The notes below the pieces were generated by a model that saw only the letters and a list, made by a program, of their open reading frames with translations, did no database searches and was not told the origin of the DNA. From a virus, in the IMG/VR virus record IMGVR_UViG_3300002141_000152, positions 44,971 to 108,970 of that record: a DNA stretch of 64,000 nucleotides; one strand, given 5' to 3'. The position numbers and the translations under genes were made by a program. Each line of letters opens with the position of its first letter. Positions within the stretch are counted from its first letter, which is position 1. This document shows positions 20,674 through 30,979 of the stretch, piece by piece.

Positions 20674-21462
20674 ATGAAAACATTTAGATTTTATAAAGAA
20701 CAAACAAATCGGTGGTATGCTGACTTTCCGGACTGGCGTGGAACACACGATGAACTTGAAATGATTTCAGGTGCAGATACTTTTTTAAATATTATGGCAG
20801 AAGGCTCATCTGAAATCCATGTAATTTTATCTGACGAATCATTTGAAAATTCAGATCTTCTTGCAATCAAGCAGTATGGTAGATCGGACGGTTGGGAACT
20901 TGGAGAAGGAGCATGGTATAGTATGCCATCCTATCAAGGTATTAAATATCCTGATTTTGAAATGTGGCTTTGTGCCGTTACAAAATTTGTGTTTGGAGAT
21001 TTTCCAGAAATAATCTATTTTAGTAAAGATGCAAATAGCTCAAGTTTTCCTGAAGTAAAAGAAAAAATTAAATTATCTGTCGCAAATATTCCCCAGAACT
21101 TAATATCCGGTGTAGAATCTTTTGGTACTAAACAAGAAGCTAATTCAGAAGCTAAAAAATTATTAGGTAATTCTCCTCATTCTATAGATATGATAGACCT
21201 TGGTATAAGAACCAGAACTACAAGAAGTGTAGGAGAAATGGAAAAATATAATATTAAAGTTGGAGATATTGTAACTCAATTTGGTAAATCGGCTGATGGA
21301 ACTACTAAGAAAATTTTAACAAAAATAACAGCGATTCATTCTAAAGGAACTACTGGATTTTTAGGAACTTGGAATAAAGAAGGTTGGACACAGGAAGGTA
21401 TAAAAGCAATTGAACGATTTAAAGACGGTGCAGCAGCAATAGAATTTAAAGTAATTAATTAA
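20674..21462 (+). CDS. DUF6717-like protein with additional C-terminal domain
   Basis: RWYADFPDW...LEMISGADTFL...MWLCAVTKFVFGDFPEIIYF. Confidence 0.5.
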   Translation: MKTFRFYKEQTNRWYADFPDWRGTHDELEMISGADTFLNIMAEGSSEIHVILSDESFENSDLLAIKQYGRSDGWELGEGAWYSMPSYQGIKYPDFEMWLCAVTKFVFGDFPEIIYFSKDANSSSFPEVKEKIKLSVANIPQNLISGVESFGTKQEANSEAKKLLGNSPHSIDMIDLGIRTRTTRSVGEMEKYNIKVGDIVTQFGKSADGTTKKILTKITAIHSKGTTGFLGTWNKEGWTQEGIKAIERFKDGAAAIEFKVIN

Positions 21463-21477
21463 ATAAAACTAAATAAT

Positions 21478-21729
21478 ATGCCAAACTATCGATATGCAAA
21501 GGTTGATGTTGAAATTACATGTGATGATGTAATAAATTTTATTGACTCAGCATCAACAAAAGAAATAAAACGTATTCGTAAAGCAGTTGATGCTGATTTC
21601 TTTAACGATACAAAAAGGGAAGGAAGCCTTGTTCGCGAAATGAAAATCGAACTGTTATCGCTTGCATTTGATAAGTTTTCACTCGACGAACTAGAAAAAA
21701 AATTAGGAACTAAATTTGATTTAATGTAA
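21478..21729 (+). CDS. hypothetical protein
   Basis: 83-aa ORF within an operon. Confidence 0.5.
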   Translation: MPNYRYAKVDVEITCDDVINFIDSASTKEIKRIRKAVDADFFNDTKREGSLVREMKIELLSLAFDKFSLDELEKKLGTKFDLM

Positions 21730-21738
21730 TAGGGCAAA

Positions 21739-22350
21739 ATGGCAACCGATAATTTTGAACGTATCTTAAAACTTCTTACCTTTGAAAGCGACGACGATTT
21801 TTATCATCTTCAAGTGATAAAGCGTAAGAAAGAACATCCTGAACTTGGATCAAACTCTCAAGTAATTAAGACTTATTATATAAAATCAGTCGATCACTTA
21901 GATGCAGTTAGACCTGAGATTGTCTCCCTTTGTGATTTTCATGGTGCTAGAGCATACATCAATCTAAATGCTAGATCCTTTGAGATGACTGCATTCCATA
22001 CTCTTAAGAAGGTGACTGATATTATTATGAATCGTGACTATAAGTCAGTTCGTAATGCATATGACTCAGTATGTGGAGCTTATTCTACCAGTAAAGAAAA
22101 GCGATGGATAATTGATTTAGATGGAGTCGACCAAGTAAGTCCACTGATGTGCGCTTTTATTGAATATAGATGTGAGCCTATTACTGAGCTAACACCAGAT
22201 TGCAGTTTAGAAAATAGTAAATGTATTGCTGTAATTCCAACAAAAAATGGAATACACTTAATTACTAAGCCTTTTAACTTAGAGAAATTTAAGAAGGAAT
22301 ATCCCGAGGTTGATGTGCATAAAAATAATCCTACTGTACTTTACGTATAA
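21739..22350 (+). CDS. AEP/PrimPol-like fold protein (putative)
   Basis: WIIDLD (DxD) and PTKNGIHLIT (GxH) motifs. Confidence 0.45.
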   Translation: MATDNFERILKLLTFESDDDFYHLQVIKRKKEHPELGSNSQVIKTYYIKSVDHLDAVRPEIVSLCDFHGARAYINLNARSFEMTAFHTLKKVTDIIMNRDYKSVRNAYDSVCGAYSTSKEKRWIIDLDGVDQVSPLMCAFIEYRCEPITELTPDCSLENSKCIAVIPTKNGIHLITKPFNLEKFKKEYPEVDVHKNNPTVLYV

Positions 22351-22399
22351 AACCAAAAAAGCCAGTAATTACTTACTGGCTTTGTAATATTGGTTTAAA

Positions 22400-22963
22400 T
22401 TACATTTCACTTTCCTTGTTGAACATGTTATAATTTATATTCTTTGTCTTTCCATCTTCTGAGGTAAGAGTAATAGTATGCTCTCCAGGTTTTTCGATAA
22501 TATATGGGTCTCCCTTATATACTACTTTCTGACCTTTTTTTAATTTCTTAAAGTTTTCTAATGATATTTTAGCTCCGTGTTTTTTAGTAATGGATTCAAC
22601 AATTCTGGTAAAGCTTTCAAATGTATGAACGAATTCTCCACCAACATTCGGTACTTCGTCTCTATTCCGTTTAGCAAAAGGAGAGTGGTCAGACTCTTTA
22701 GATTCATCACCAATATTATTCCTTAAGAATTCAGCAACTTCTTGGATATCGTCCGTTGATGTTGCAATATGATCGCCTGCCCAATCGTGTCCATTATTTA
22801 AAAGGCTAGTAACTTCTTCTGGATCCATTTGTAATAGAGCATCAATTTCTGCTTTAATTGTTTTTAAATTATCGAAGAACATATATCTATCTCCTTCTGA
22901 TCTTCCAGTTGAACATTCTGATTTAGAATAACCGCAGCCGCATGTACATTTATTTGAGTCCAT
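22400..22963 (-). CDS. hypothetical virion-type protein
   Basis: 187 aa; internal HTFESFTRIVE motif. Confidence 0.55.
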   Translation of the reverse strand: MDSNKCTCGCGYSKSECSTGRSEGDRYMFFDNLKTIKAEIDALLQMDPEEVTSLLNNGHDWAGDHIATSTDDIQEVAEFLRNNIGDESKESDHSPFAKRNRDEVPNVGGEFVHTFESFTRIVESITKKHGAKISLENFKKLKKGQKVVYKGDPYIIEKPGEHTITLTSEDGKTKNINYNMFNKESEM

Positions 22964-23991
22964 TATTTAGATTTATTATTTTTATTAGAAGTTTCCTTTA
23001 TCATTTTTTCGATAATCTCGTGAAGTTTTATCAATTGGTCTTTTGCACCTTTGATTCTACCTTCTTTTGATTCATCAATTGCACCAGACATTTTCATTAG
23101 GGTCTTAGCTAAAACTACTTCTTTATGCTTTTTTGCATCTTTCTTATTTAACTGAAGTCCAGGTTTCGTCTTATCTTTGTCTTTCTTTTCGAGCTTTGCT
23201 CCTTCTTTCTTAAGAACGTCGTTAGTAATTTTATTCTTACCTATATTTTTCTTAAGTTTTCCATTTTTCATATTACTATTTGCAATCCAATTCTTTTTAG
23301 CTTCATGAACAATATATTCATCAAAACTTCGTATTGCTCTTGGATTTGCACCGGTCATTACACCAGGCATCATTTCTCCAGTTGCAGCAATTTCTTCTGC
23401 TTGGTCTGGAGTAATAGTGGGTGGTGGTTCAGGTGTAGTTTCAGTAGGCATCGCAGGTTCAGTAGGTGCAGAGGGCATTCCGCTATTCTTAATAAGTGTA
23501 ATACCAATAGCAGATGATGAATCTCCAGCTTTTGTATTAAGAGATAAACGCACTGGACCAGAGTCAATATTCTCAACTCCTGCAAGTTGGTTTGGTAAAA
23601 CATTAAATATTAATGTCTTTGCTGCATTCTCACCAGTAAGATTTGCCGGTGGATATGTTGGAGTTCCAGTAGTTTCTGCAGATGCAATTGCAAATGCAAA
23701 TGCGATAAAAATATGCGGCTTTTCTCCAGCAGCAACGGTCATTCCAGGAAGAATAATATCTACTTCTGGATTTTTCTTATCAACAAGTCTAGCAGGTCGT
23801 GTGAACACAGTTGCTTCTTTTCCATGTAAAATATTTGATAATTCGGTAAGATCACTATCAGATAGCTCAACAATAATTTGAGCATTTTTCCCAGTTACTT
23901 TTGCCGGCTGTTGCATAGGCTGATCGGTGACAGCTGGTGCTCCAGTTTGTTCCAGTTCAAAAATCTTTTTATAGTCGATGAATCGATACAT
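22963..23991 (-). CDS. hypothetical late protein with basic C-terminus
   Basis: MYRFIDYKKIFE leader; internal RSFDEYIVHE. Confidence 0.6.
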   Translation of the reverse strand: MYRFIDYKKIFELEQTGAPAVTDQPMQQPAKVTGKNAQIIVELSDSDLTELSNILHGKEATVFTRPARLVDKKNPEVDIILPGMTVAAGEKPHIFIAFAFAIASAETTGTPTYPPANLTGENAAKTLIFNVLPNQLAGVENIDSGPVRLSLNTKAGDSSSAIGITLIKNSGMPSAPTEPAMPTETTPEPPPTITPDQAEEIAATGEMMPGVMTGANPRAIRSFDEYIVHEAKKNWIANSNMKNGKLKKNIGKNKITNDVLKKEGAKLEKKDKDKTKPGLQLNKKDAKKHKEVVLAKTLMKMSGAIDESKEGRIKGAKDQLIKLHEIIEKMIKETSNKNNKSK

Positions 23992-24017
23992 ATATTTTTT
24001 ACTTTTTTATTATTTAT

Positions 24018-24758
24018 TTAATCTCGATAGATATTTGCATAGATTTGGCTCGCAGTATTAATAATGTCTTCAATAATTCCATCACGACGTAATTGTTTAA
24101 ATACTAAATTTTCTACTGAAAACTCGCCGTCTTTTGCAAGACCCTCTTTACGATCTGCTAAGATCTTCTTCTTAAATCTTTCTAGGTAATCAAATAATAC
24201 TTTAGCTTCTTCACCAGATGCTCTTTTGATCCTTCCTTTAATCTCTTTAAACTCAGATCGGATTACTCTTATCTTTTCTTTAACATCCTTCTCGTCAATT
24301 TGAGGAGGATTCCAGGTAGGAGTCACTAGCCATTGATTCTTAAGGATTGAAAAGAGACCAGATGAAACGTGCTGTTCATCTTTATGTTGTACATAACACT
24401 CTACATCAAATCCATGAATCACTACAGGATGCCGTTGGTTCCAGACAAATCTCTGTCCATCTAATGCCTTTCGGACTAAGTCAACGTTCTTATCAACTTG
24501 CGCAAAATCAATAATTAGATGCACATCTAAGTCAGATGCTTGGGTCCAGTTAAAATTAGCAAGTGATCCAGTCAATTGAATATCAACTATCTGTACTTCA
24601 AGCTTTAGTGATTCCCAAAAATCTTGAGCAAGAGCTAATAATTTTTTGCGTACTTCTGGATCCATCCGATGGTTGTTCCAGACACTTGGTGATAATTCCT
24701 TATGATATTCGACAGTTTCTGTCAGCCATTGGCTAAATGAATAAACTTGTGTTTTCAA
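24018..24758 (-). CDS. Pol-beta-superfamily nucleotidyltransferase
   Basis: LTGSLANFNWTQASDLDVHL (GS...DxD); leader YSFSQWLTE. Confidence 0.7.
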   Translation of the reverse strand: MKTQVYSFSQWLTETVEYHKELSPSVWNNHRMDPEVRKKLLALAQDFWESLKLEVQIVDIQLTGSLANFNWTQASDLDVHLIIDFAQVDKNVDLVRKALDGQRFVWNQRHPVVIHGFDVECYVQHKDEQHVSSGLFSILKNQWLVTPTWNPPQIDEKDVKEKIRVIRSEFKEIKGRIKRASGEEAKVLFDYLERFKKKILADRKEGLAKDGEFSVENLVFKQLRRDGIIEDIINTASQIYANIYRD

Positions 24759-24879
24759 ACGTATCTCAGGTATTTATGTTATTTATCGCACCAGGAAACT
24801 CAAGTTTGGCTGGACACACAACTATTTAATAATTAGAAAAATTAACTTAATTGCAGAGGAACTGGATATTCATATTGGT

Positions 24880-24958
24880 AAAAAGAAGGCCAGAGCAGGT
24901 GCGAATCACTCTGGCCTAAAACGTACTTTCGTAACGCCTACGGTCCTAAGCCGTGTGT
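24880..24958 (-). ncRNA. candidate late small RNA with three hairpins
   Basis: ATAAATAA at 24961-24968 (minus), then ACGG-CTTAGGA-CCGT, GCGTTAC-GAAA-GTACGT, AGGCCAGAG...CTCTGGCCT and a U tract; no ORF. Confidence 0.5.
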
Positions 24959-25003
24959 AATTATTTATTTTAACAGTCAACTAAATCTTAGTATTATTTC
25001 TAT

Positions 25004-25231
25004 ATGCTACAACAGGGAGATCAAGTTAAACTAACTACATACTTTAAAGATATGCTAAATGCCAACGACTGTGCTGATCATATCAAAGAATTTGGCAAGT
25101 GTATAGGCACCGTCGAAGGACTAGTAGATTATGGAACTCGACTTGGTCCAGAAGTAAATGTGCGTTGGCAACCCAGCGGTTTACGTTATGCATACTGTCC
25201 CTATCGAGACTTAACAAAAATTCTGATCTAG
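25004..25231 (+). CDS. small SH3-like hypothetical protein
   Basis: GDQVKL...VNVRW. Confidence 0.5.
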   Translation: MLQQGDQVKLTTYFKDMLNANDCADHIKEFGKCIGTVEGLVDYGTRLGPEVNVRWQPSGLRYAYCPYRDLTKILI

Positions 25232-25284
25232 AATTAACTTCCATTAATTCGTGTCAAATAAATAAGAAAAAGAACAGTCGGTCA

Positions 25285-25689
25285 ATGAAAAAGCATATTA
25301 TGGAGTATTTTGAAGTCATAAATGAATCATTTGGCGTGGGTTCAGTCATCTTAATTAATGGTAAAGCAGAAGACTCCGGAAAAAAGTTATATGCTACACA
25401 TATTGTCGGCAGCGCTGAACTTAATCCAGGGGCAACTATGCTATTCTTATCTGACGATTTTTATCGTATTAAGAAAGACGGTGAAAAATTAAAAGCTGTA
25501 AGAATTGGTTTCTCAAATGAGGCTGCTCTAAAATCTGCACTAAAAGTATCTTCAGCGGGTAGAATAAGTATTATCAAAAACAATAATAAAACCCCATTCC
25601 ATTGGATTACTCTAAAACATAAAGTACTACACACTGCACTTCATGCAGTTGAGGAAGTTTTAAATAAAGATAATTATATACTCGAATAA
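25285..25689 (+). CDS. hypothetical late protein
   Basis: Start reassigned to MKKHIMEYFEVINE, after ATAAATAA. Confidence 0.55.
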   Translation: MKKHIMEYFEVINESFGVGSVILINGKAEDSGKKLYATHIVGSAELNPGATMLFLSDDFYRIKKDGEKLKAVRIGFSNEAALKSALKVSSAGRISIIKNNNKTPFHWITLKHKVLHTALHAVEEVLNKDNYILE

Positions 25690-25729
25690 TTATTTAAACT
25701 ATTATTCTTTTTTATGTATATTATACCAT

Positions 25730-26692
25730 ATGGGAAAACTACCAAAATATACCCGCCACAATATCCTTACTGAGCTTAATGATATTGAAGATGAATTAGA
25801 GGCAGAAGCCGACGGAGCATCATCAACTAATTATAATAGTTGGACACAACTCAAAGGCGATGAATTTGCACCAGCATTTCCAACCGTACCTCTTATTCCA
25901 TGTGGGTTATATGAAATTCGATGGAACGCAAGTGTGCATTCACATACCTTAGTCAAGCAGCCAATCCATGTAGACGAACTATATGAATTACCATCGGTTG
26001 AGATACAGAGTATTCTTGAAGATATTGAATGCTTCTGGAACAAACGTGCCACTTATAAAACTTACAACTTTGTACACAAACGTGGAATACTTCTTTATGG
26101 AGAACCAGGTTGTGGAAAATCAGGTATTGTACAATTATGCGTGAAGCATATTATTGAGAAGAAAAATGGAATTGTCATCAATATCAAAGATGAGGATGAA
26201 GTTCGACATTTCTCAGAGTTTATTCCAATACTCAGATCAATTGAACCAGATAGACCGCTTATTGTAATCTTAGAAGATCTTGATGCAATCGCTGGAGAAG
26301 ACAGATACTCTACCACAAAGCTCCTGAATATCCTGGATGGGATCAAACAGATCGAGAATGTTGTCTATATCGCAACAACTAACTATCCTGAGAAGCTACA
26401 GGAAAGGATTACAAATCGTCCTTCTAGATTTGACAGAAGATATCAAGTAGATATGCCTTCTACTGAGATTCGTGAAGCGTATATTCGCGCCAAACTTACA
26501 GCAGAAGACCTTGCAAAAATAGATCTACCGAAATGGATTAAATCAACTGATTCAATGTCCCTATCCCATCTAAAGGAATTAGTAATTTCAGTGATTGTGA
26601 TGGGAAAATCATTTGCTGATTCACTTGCACAATTAACAGATTTAAAGAATGCTCCTCGAGTTAAGAAGGGTAGTAAAGTCGGATTCAAATAA
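25730..26692 (+). CDS. AAA+ ATPase
   Basis: GEPGCGKS, LEDLD, ATTNYPE, RPSRFDR. Confidence 0.85.
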   Translation: MGKLPKYTRHNILTELNDIEDELEAEADGASSTNYNSWTQLKGDEFAPAFPTVPLIPCGLYEIRWNASVHSHTLVKQPIHVDELYELPSVEIQSILEDIECFWNKRATYKTYNFVHKRGILLYGEPGCGKSGIVQLCVKHIIEKKNGIVINIKDEDEVRHFSEFIPILRSIEPDRPLIVILEDLDAIAGEDRYSTTKLLNILDGIKQIENVVYIATTNYPEKLQERITNRPSRFDRRYQVDMPSTEIREAYIRAKLTAEDLAKIDLPKWIKSTDSMSLSHLKELVISVIVMGKSFADSLAQLTDLKNAPRVKKGSKVGFK

Positions 26693-26709
26693 CCTGAGGT
26701 TATCTAAAT

Positions 26710-26736
26710 AAAAAAAGCCGCAAGTGCGGCTTTTTT
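26710..26736. terminator. bidirectional intrinsic terminator
   Basis: A7-GCCGCAAGTGCGGC-T6. Confidence 0.8.
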
Positions 26737-26758
26737 ATTGAATTTAATCTTGGATAGT

Positions 26759-28111
26759 TTATAGTGTCCACGTTTCAAAATCCGGTAAGTCTGTAAAATC
26801 TTCTTGATCTGGATCAATACCTAATAGAGCAAGGATATTAATTTTTGGAGCATTAATTCTTCCGCTAATTAAGAAATAAACAAGTCTAAACATTGTTCCG
26901 TCTAATGTATGGTTTTTAATAATACTTGGAATCGATGCATATTGTCCCGGAACTGGTAAATCTCTTTTATATTTCTCAGGTTGGGCTTCTCTAAAGCCTT
27001 GTTCTGGATCACCGCGTTCTTCATCTGGACTAAATTTCTTTTTAGTAATACTATATGTTGCCTGGCTAGATCCGCCAATACTACGTATCGCTCTATTTTC
27101 TGCTTCTAATTCAAATCCACTAGTTTTAGCATACGCTCCGCCGCTACTCTTATAAAATTCACTTCTAAAATCTTTAGTTTTAATAAGTAGATAATACATT
27201 AACATATCTGCATTTACTTCAAGAGAGTCAGCAAGTTCTTTTACTGGAGCAGTTGCATTCGCAGTTCCTCTTACCTCTTCTATTTCTGACATCAATTTAT
27301 TTTTAATTGGGTCCTTTGCAACAGATAATAAATTCTTATATCGATTTGCAAATACATCAATTAGAGTAATTGATGTTACAGGCATAGTTGATTCAACTCT
27401 ACTTTGACGTACTGTTCTAGGCTCAGCGGCACCGCTTGTATCTACATTTAATGTGTAAGCATATAGTGGTTTCGATGTAGATGGAGCATAATGTTTATCT
27501 CCTTCTTTTGTAGCTGATCTAACAAATTCTTGAATCTTATCACTACGATTTCCGCCTTTAGTGTCATGCACTGCACGAATTCTTTCACGATCTACTCCCT
27601 GTGTCGTTAATTCAGAATAACCGAAGTCAACTGCACGCTGACGATCCTTGTCCCACCATAGGATTGCATATTGTAATCCGACTGCACCTTTACTTCTAGA
27701 CTTATCATAAATATACATGTAGAATTCCAAGTCTGGATTCGAGATTAAGACACGATTTTGTCCAAGTGGAAGAGATTCAATAAACCAGTGAAAGTCAGTA
27801 TACTGACTACCAATAGTACGTCCACTATATGGGTCAGTGCTTGTTTTTACACCAGTAAGAACTTTAGGTTCAGTAATTTCAATATCATGAGACGGTCCAT
27901 GGTATTTATATGGCATTGGAATCGCTGAACGACTACGATACGTATGTGCCATTCTTGGATAATTTTCCCAGTGTTCAGCTTTTTTGTGAATTGCGGAAAT
28001 CATCTTTGCAGGCATTCCGGTTTTACTCAAGGTTGATGCTTCAAAAATAGGATCGAAGTTGACAAAGCTTTCAAATGTTCTTGCCCAATATTGGTTACTT
28101 AAATTTGACAT
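26759..28111 (-). CDS. hypothetical late protein (450 aa)
   Basis: ATAAATAA upstream; RTFESFVNFDPIFE leader. Confidence 0.6.
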   Translation of the reverse strand: MSNLSNQYWARTFESFVNFDPIFEASTLSKTGMPAKMISAIHKKAEHWENYPRMAHTYRSRSAIPMPYKYHGPSHDIEITEPKVLTGVKTSTDPYSGRTIGSQYTDFHWFIESLPLGQNRVLISNPDLEFYMYIYDKSRSKGAVGLQYAILWWDKDRQRAVDFGYSELTTQGVDRERIRAVHDTKGGNRSDKIQEFVRSATKEGDKHYAPSTSKPLYAYTLNVDTSGAAEPRTVRQSRVESTMPVTSITLIDVFANRYKNLLSVAKDPIKNKLMSEIEEVRGTANATAPVKELADSLEVNADMLMYYLLIKTKDFRSEFYKSSGGAYAKTSGFELEAENRAIRSIGGSSQATYSITKKKFSPDEERGDPEQGFREAQPEKYKRDLPVPGQYASIPSIIKNHTLDGTMFRLVYFLISGRINAPKINILALLGIDPDQEDFTDLPDFETWTL

Positions 28112-28149
28112 TTTTAACGTATCTTTTTTGTTATTTATCTTAGCGTCTA

Positions 28150-28575
28150 CTAAATACTAATTCGTTCTAGCCGAATAATTGATTCATGTAGATTAATAGG
28201 TTGAATATCCTTAAACTTATCGAGGAAGTTTTCCTCTTCTGCGTCGTCGTCAATCTTGCGTAATTCAGAAATAACTGAATCTATTACATTTAGCTTACCT
28301 GCGGATACATAGAGAAGATCTTCCGTAGTATTATGTAAGGCTTCATACCTTTCGGAATACTCTTCTTCTGATACAGAATTTACATCATTTGATAGCGATC
28401 TTACTGCATTTGAATTTACCGTCTTCAGATCCCAACATTTCCTGTCAAGTTCTCGAAGATCTACTTCCTTTGCAAGAATTTCAGCAACTGTAATAAAAGT
28501 CACCTTATTCCATAGGGCGTTTGCAGCAGTTGTTAGTTTTGTTGCGACTGTTTCATATTTCTTGAAATCGATCAT
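28150..28575 (-). CDS. hypothetical protein
   Basis: 141-aa ORF. Confidence 0.55.
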   Translation of the reverse strand: MIDFKKYETVATKLTTAANALWNKVTFITVAEILAKEVDLRELDRKCWDLKTVNSNAVRSLSNDVNSVSEEEYSERYEALHNTTEDLLYVSAGKLNVIDSVISELRKIDDDAEEENFLDKFKDIQPINLHESIIRLERISI

Positions 28576-28580
28576 TCTAG

Positions 28581-30077
28581 TTATTTACTTTTTATAATAT
28601 TTGTTATTTCTTCAGCAGAAATAAGGCCATTTGTTTTAAACCAGTTCTTCTGTTTAGCCATTTTAATAAATACATCAGCTAACTTATTTTTAGTAAAGAT
28701 TTTAAACTCTGGCAACACAATCAGAGTTTCCCAAGCTTTACGGAAATTATCTTTGGCGGTGGTTTGCCTGCGCGTCTTCATAAAAATATAAAATTGGTTA
28801 GTAGCCATTGAAAATACTCTAGTCATTAACCGGTTTCTTTCGGTTACTATATAAGAACTTGGTGAATAAATCTTTTCGGTTTCCTTAGAAGAGGATTCCA
28901 CATCTTTAGATTCTAGATAGTCTTTAAAGTCTTTTAATATCTTAGTTTTTAAACCTATTGTATACACCTTATTTCCATGATACGTGTGTGGTTTTTTAGA
29001 TGCTGTATTATTCATATCATACATCATATAAAAGGCAAAGTTATTTCTAATTCTAGATTTGACAGATTCTGCCGGAAGATTCAATATGCTGCTTGCAATA
29101 TTAATAATAGTTGCAGAAATAGTTTTAATATCGATACCACTGTTCTTGTTATCATCTACGATTATCATCTTCTTATTATTCTTAATACAGTCAGTTACCG
29201 CATCTAGCCAAGAATTTTCGGTGTAATCATATTTGTTTTTCCAAAGAGATCGGATTCCTCCGAAATTACGCTTACTGCTTCTTACGATAAATGGAATAAG
29301 AGACTTTCCATCAATATCCCTATCTTTAAATACTATTGATAATTCCTGATCATAATTTGGAGAAGTAGGAATTCCATAATCGGTAAAGACCTTTGCTAAT
29401 TCATCAGGTGTAGTAGTCTTTTCTATTTCAGATAAAACTAAATCGCTAGTAAGGAGGCGATCGATATATGTATCTATTAAATGTTTTTTAGTGCTTACAA
29501 ATGTTTTGGACGTAGGGTCTGCTTCAAATTGTCGTTCTACTTGGCTTTTAAATTCTACAAAATCAAATGCATCTGCAGCATTCAAATAAACGACTTTATT
29601 TAAGATAGTTAATGCCGCATCAGAATAAACAGAGTTTATTGATCTGCCTAGCATTCCGGCTAAACCTTCAGTTGAACCAATTGAACATATATAGTCAGGA
29701 GAAAAAATATTTAACTTTAAAAAATTGTATTTAATAAACTTAGATAGTGCGGCTTCTCCAGAATCTCCATCTTCATCGTATATCATAGGATGCTTTTCAC
29801 CATCTTCAGTACGTTCAGCGGCTTTAAGCGCATCCATTGTATACTTAAATCTTCCTTCATGATCTATTTTTCCAACATATTCCTTGTATGTTAATCCCCA
29901 ATAAACTGTAAATATCGAAAGATCCAAGTCTTTTCCAGATTCAGAAGAAGTAGTTTTTAGGACTTCGTCATTATTCTCAGAGTCATTCGTATTTGAAATA
30001 AGTACAATATTTGGATTATTAGGATCTATCCATGCTCCCTCATTAATAAAATTTGAAAATGATTTTAAGAATCTCAT
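28581..30077 (-). CDS. late protein with phosphoribosyltransferase-like motif
   Basis: MIIVDDNKNSGIDI resembles the PRPP-binding loop hhhhDDxxxSG; leader LKSFSNFINE. Confidence 0.45.
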   Translation of the reverse strand: MRFLKSFSNFINEGAWIDPNNPNIVLISNTNDSENNDEVLKTTSSESGKDLDLSIFTVYWGLTYKEYVGKIDHEGRFKYTMDALKAAERTEDGEKHPMIYDEDGDSGEAALSKFIKYNFLKLNIFSPDYICSIGSTEGLAGMLGRSINSVYSDAALTILNKVVYLNAADAFDFVEFKSQVERQFEADPTSKTFVSTKKHLIDTYIDRLLTSDLVLSEIEKTTTPDELAKVFTDYGIPTSPNYDQELSIVFKDRDIDGKSLIPFIVRSSKRNFGGIRSLWKNKYDYTENSWLDAVTDCIKNNKKMIIVDDNKNSGIDIKTISATIINIASSILNLPAESVKSRIRNNFAFYMMYDMNNTASKKPHTYHGNKVYTIGLKTKILKDFKDYLESKDVESSSKETEKIYSPSSYIVTERNRLMTRVFSMATNQFYIFMKTRRQTTAKDNFRKAWETLIVLPEFKIFTKNKLADVFIKMAKQKNWFKTNGLISAEEITNIIKSK

Positions 30078-30130
30078 TAAACGTTTCTTATTTTTATTAT
30101 TTATCAGGAAGATAGTATAGTAATTTTATC

Positions 30131-30589
30131 ATGAAGCATATTGGTTTTACAAAAGTGGCACTTCCTTATGGGTGGCTTGGTAATATGTCCGCCTTTCCAA
30201 TTGAGTATTGTGGGCAGACTTGGAAGACAAGTGAAGCTCTTTTTCAAGCATTACGATTTAATGACCTTGAAATTAAGGCAAAAATCCGGTCACAGCAGAG
30301 TCCAATGGCTGCAAAGATGGTAGCTAAGCCATTTGCAGATAAACAAGTAGTACAACCAAAATCTGAACAGGATTTAAAAAATATGGAACTGTGTCTTAAA
30401 CTCAAATTAGACCAGCACCCAGAACTAAAGAAATTACTGAAGGAAACCGGAGATGCTATTTTATTTGAAGATGTGCGTGCTAGACCTCGAGGTAATAATC
30501 TCTTTTGGGGAGCTATCCTAACCGTTGATGAGTTGATTGGTGAAAATAAATTGTGTGAAATCTGGATGAGATTGCGAGCTAATCTCTAA
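30131..30589 (+). CDS. NADAR-family hydrolase (YbiA / T4 gp30.3-like)
   Basis: WLGNM, TSEALFQA, KLDQHPELKKLLKETG, FWG, GENKL. Confidence 0.85.
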   Translation: MKHIGFTKVALPYGWLGNMSAFPIEYCGQTWKTSEALFQALRFNDLEIKAKIRSQQSPMAAKMVAKPFADKQVVQPKSEQDLKNMELCLKLKLDQHPELKKLLKETGDAILFEDVRARPRGNNLFWGAILTVDELIGENKLCEIWMRLRANL

Positions 30590-30902
30590 ACTTATTTGGC
30601 CAAATACTACGCCATTCATGTCCCTTTGGCACGTCTTTAACTTTGACTCCAAATACTTTCTTTTCTCCTGGATCACACGCATCTTTACCATCCCAACTGA
30701 AACCATTATTACACGCCCAGCTCTTTAAAAAGACAGTAACTAATTGTCCTGACACAAATGGAAATCTGACACCGCTTTGATTATCAACCTCTTCAATTTT
30801 ACCATGTCTTACTGTGATTATGATATCGCGACCCTGTCGTGATGTTAGAGTTATAATCTTTTCAGAACTCCAGTTTTCAAATAGTTTAACGTACTGTTTC
30901 AT
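30579..30902 (-). CDS. hypothetical late protein
   Basis: MKQYVKLFENWSSE leader. Confidence 0.55.
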   Translation of the reverse strand: MKQYVKLFENWSSEKIITLTSRQGRDIIITVRHGKIEEVDNQSGVRFPFVSGQLVTVFLKSWACNNGFSWDGKDACDPGEKKVFGVKVKDVPKGHEWRSIWPNKFRD

Positions 30903-30979
30903 GGTGTATTAGTATACTTAAATAAGGCTGCCGACATATTCTTATCAAAGTTCGGCCATAATAAATCAGATAAAGAAGA

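Noticed and set aside
24880-24958. Pistol or hammerhead ribozyme
   Set aside because: No downstream CCTAAG pseudoknot partner and no CTGATGA core were found.
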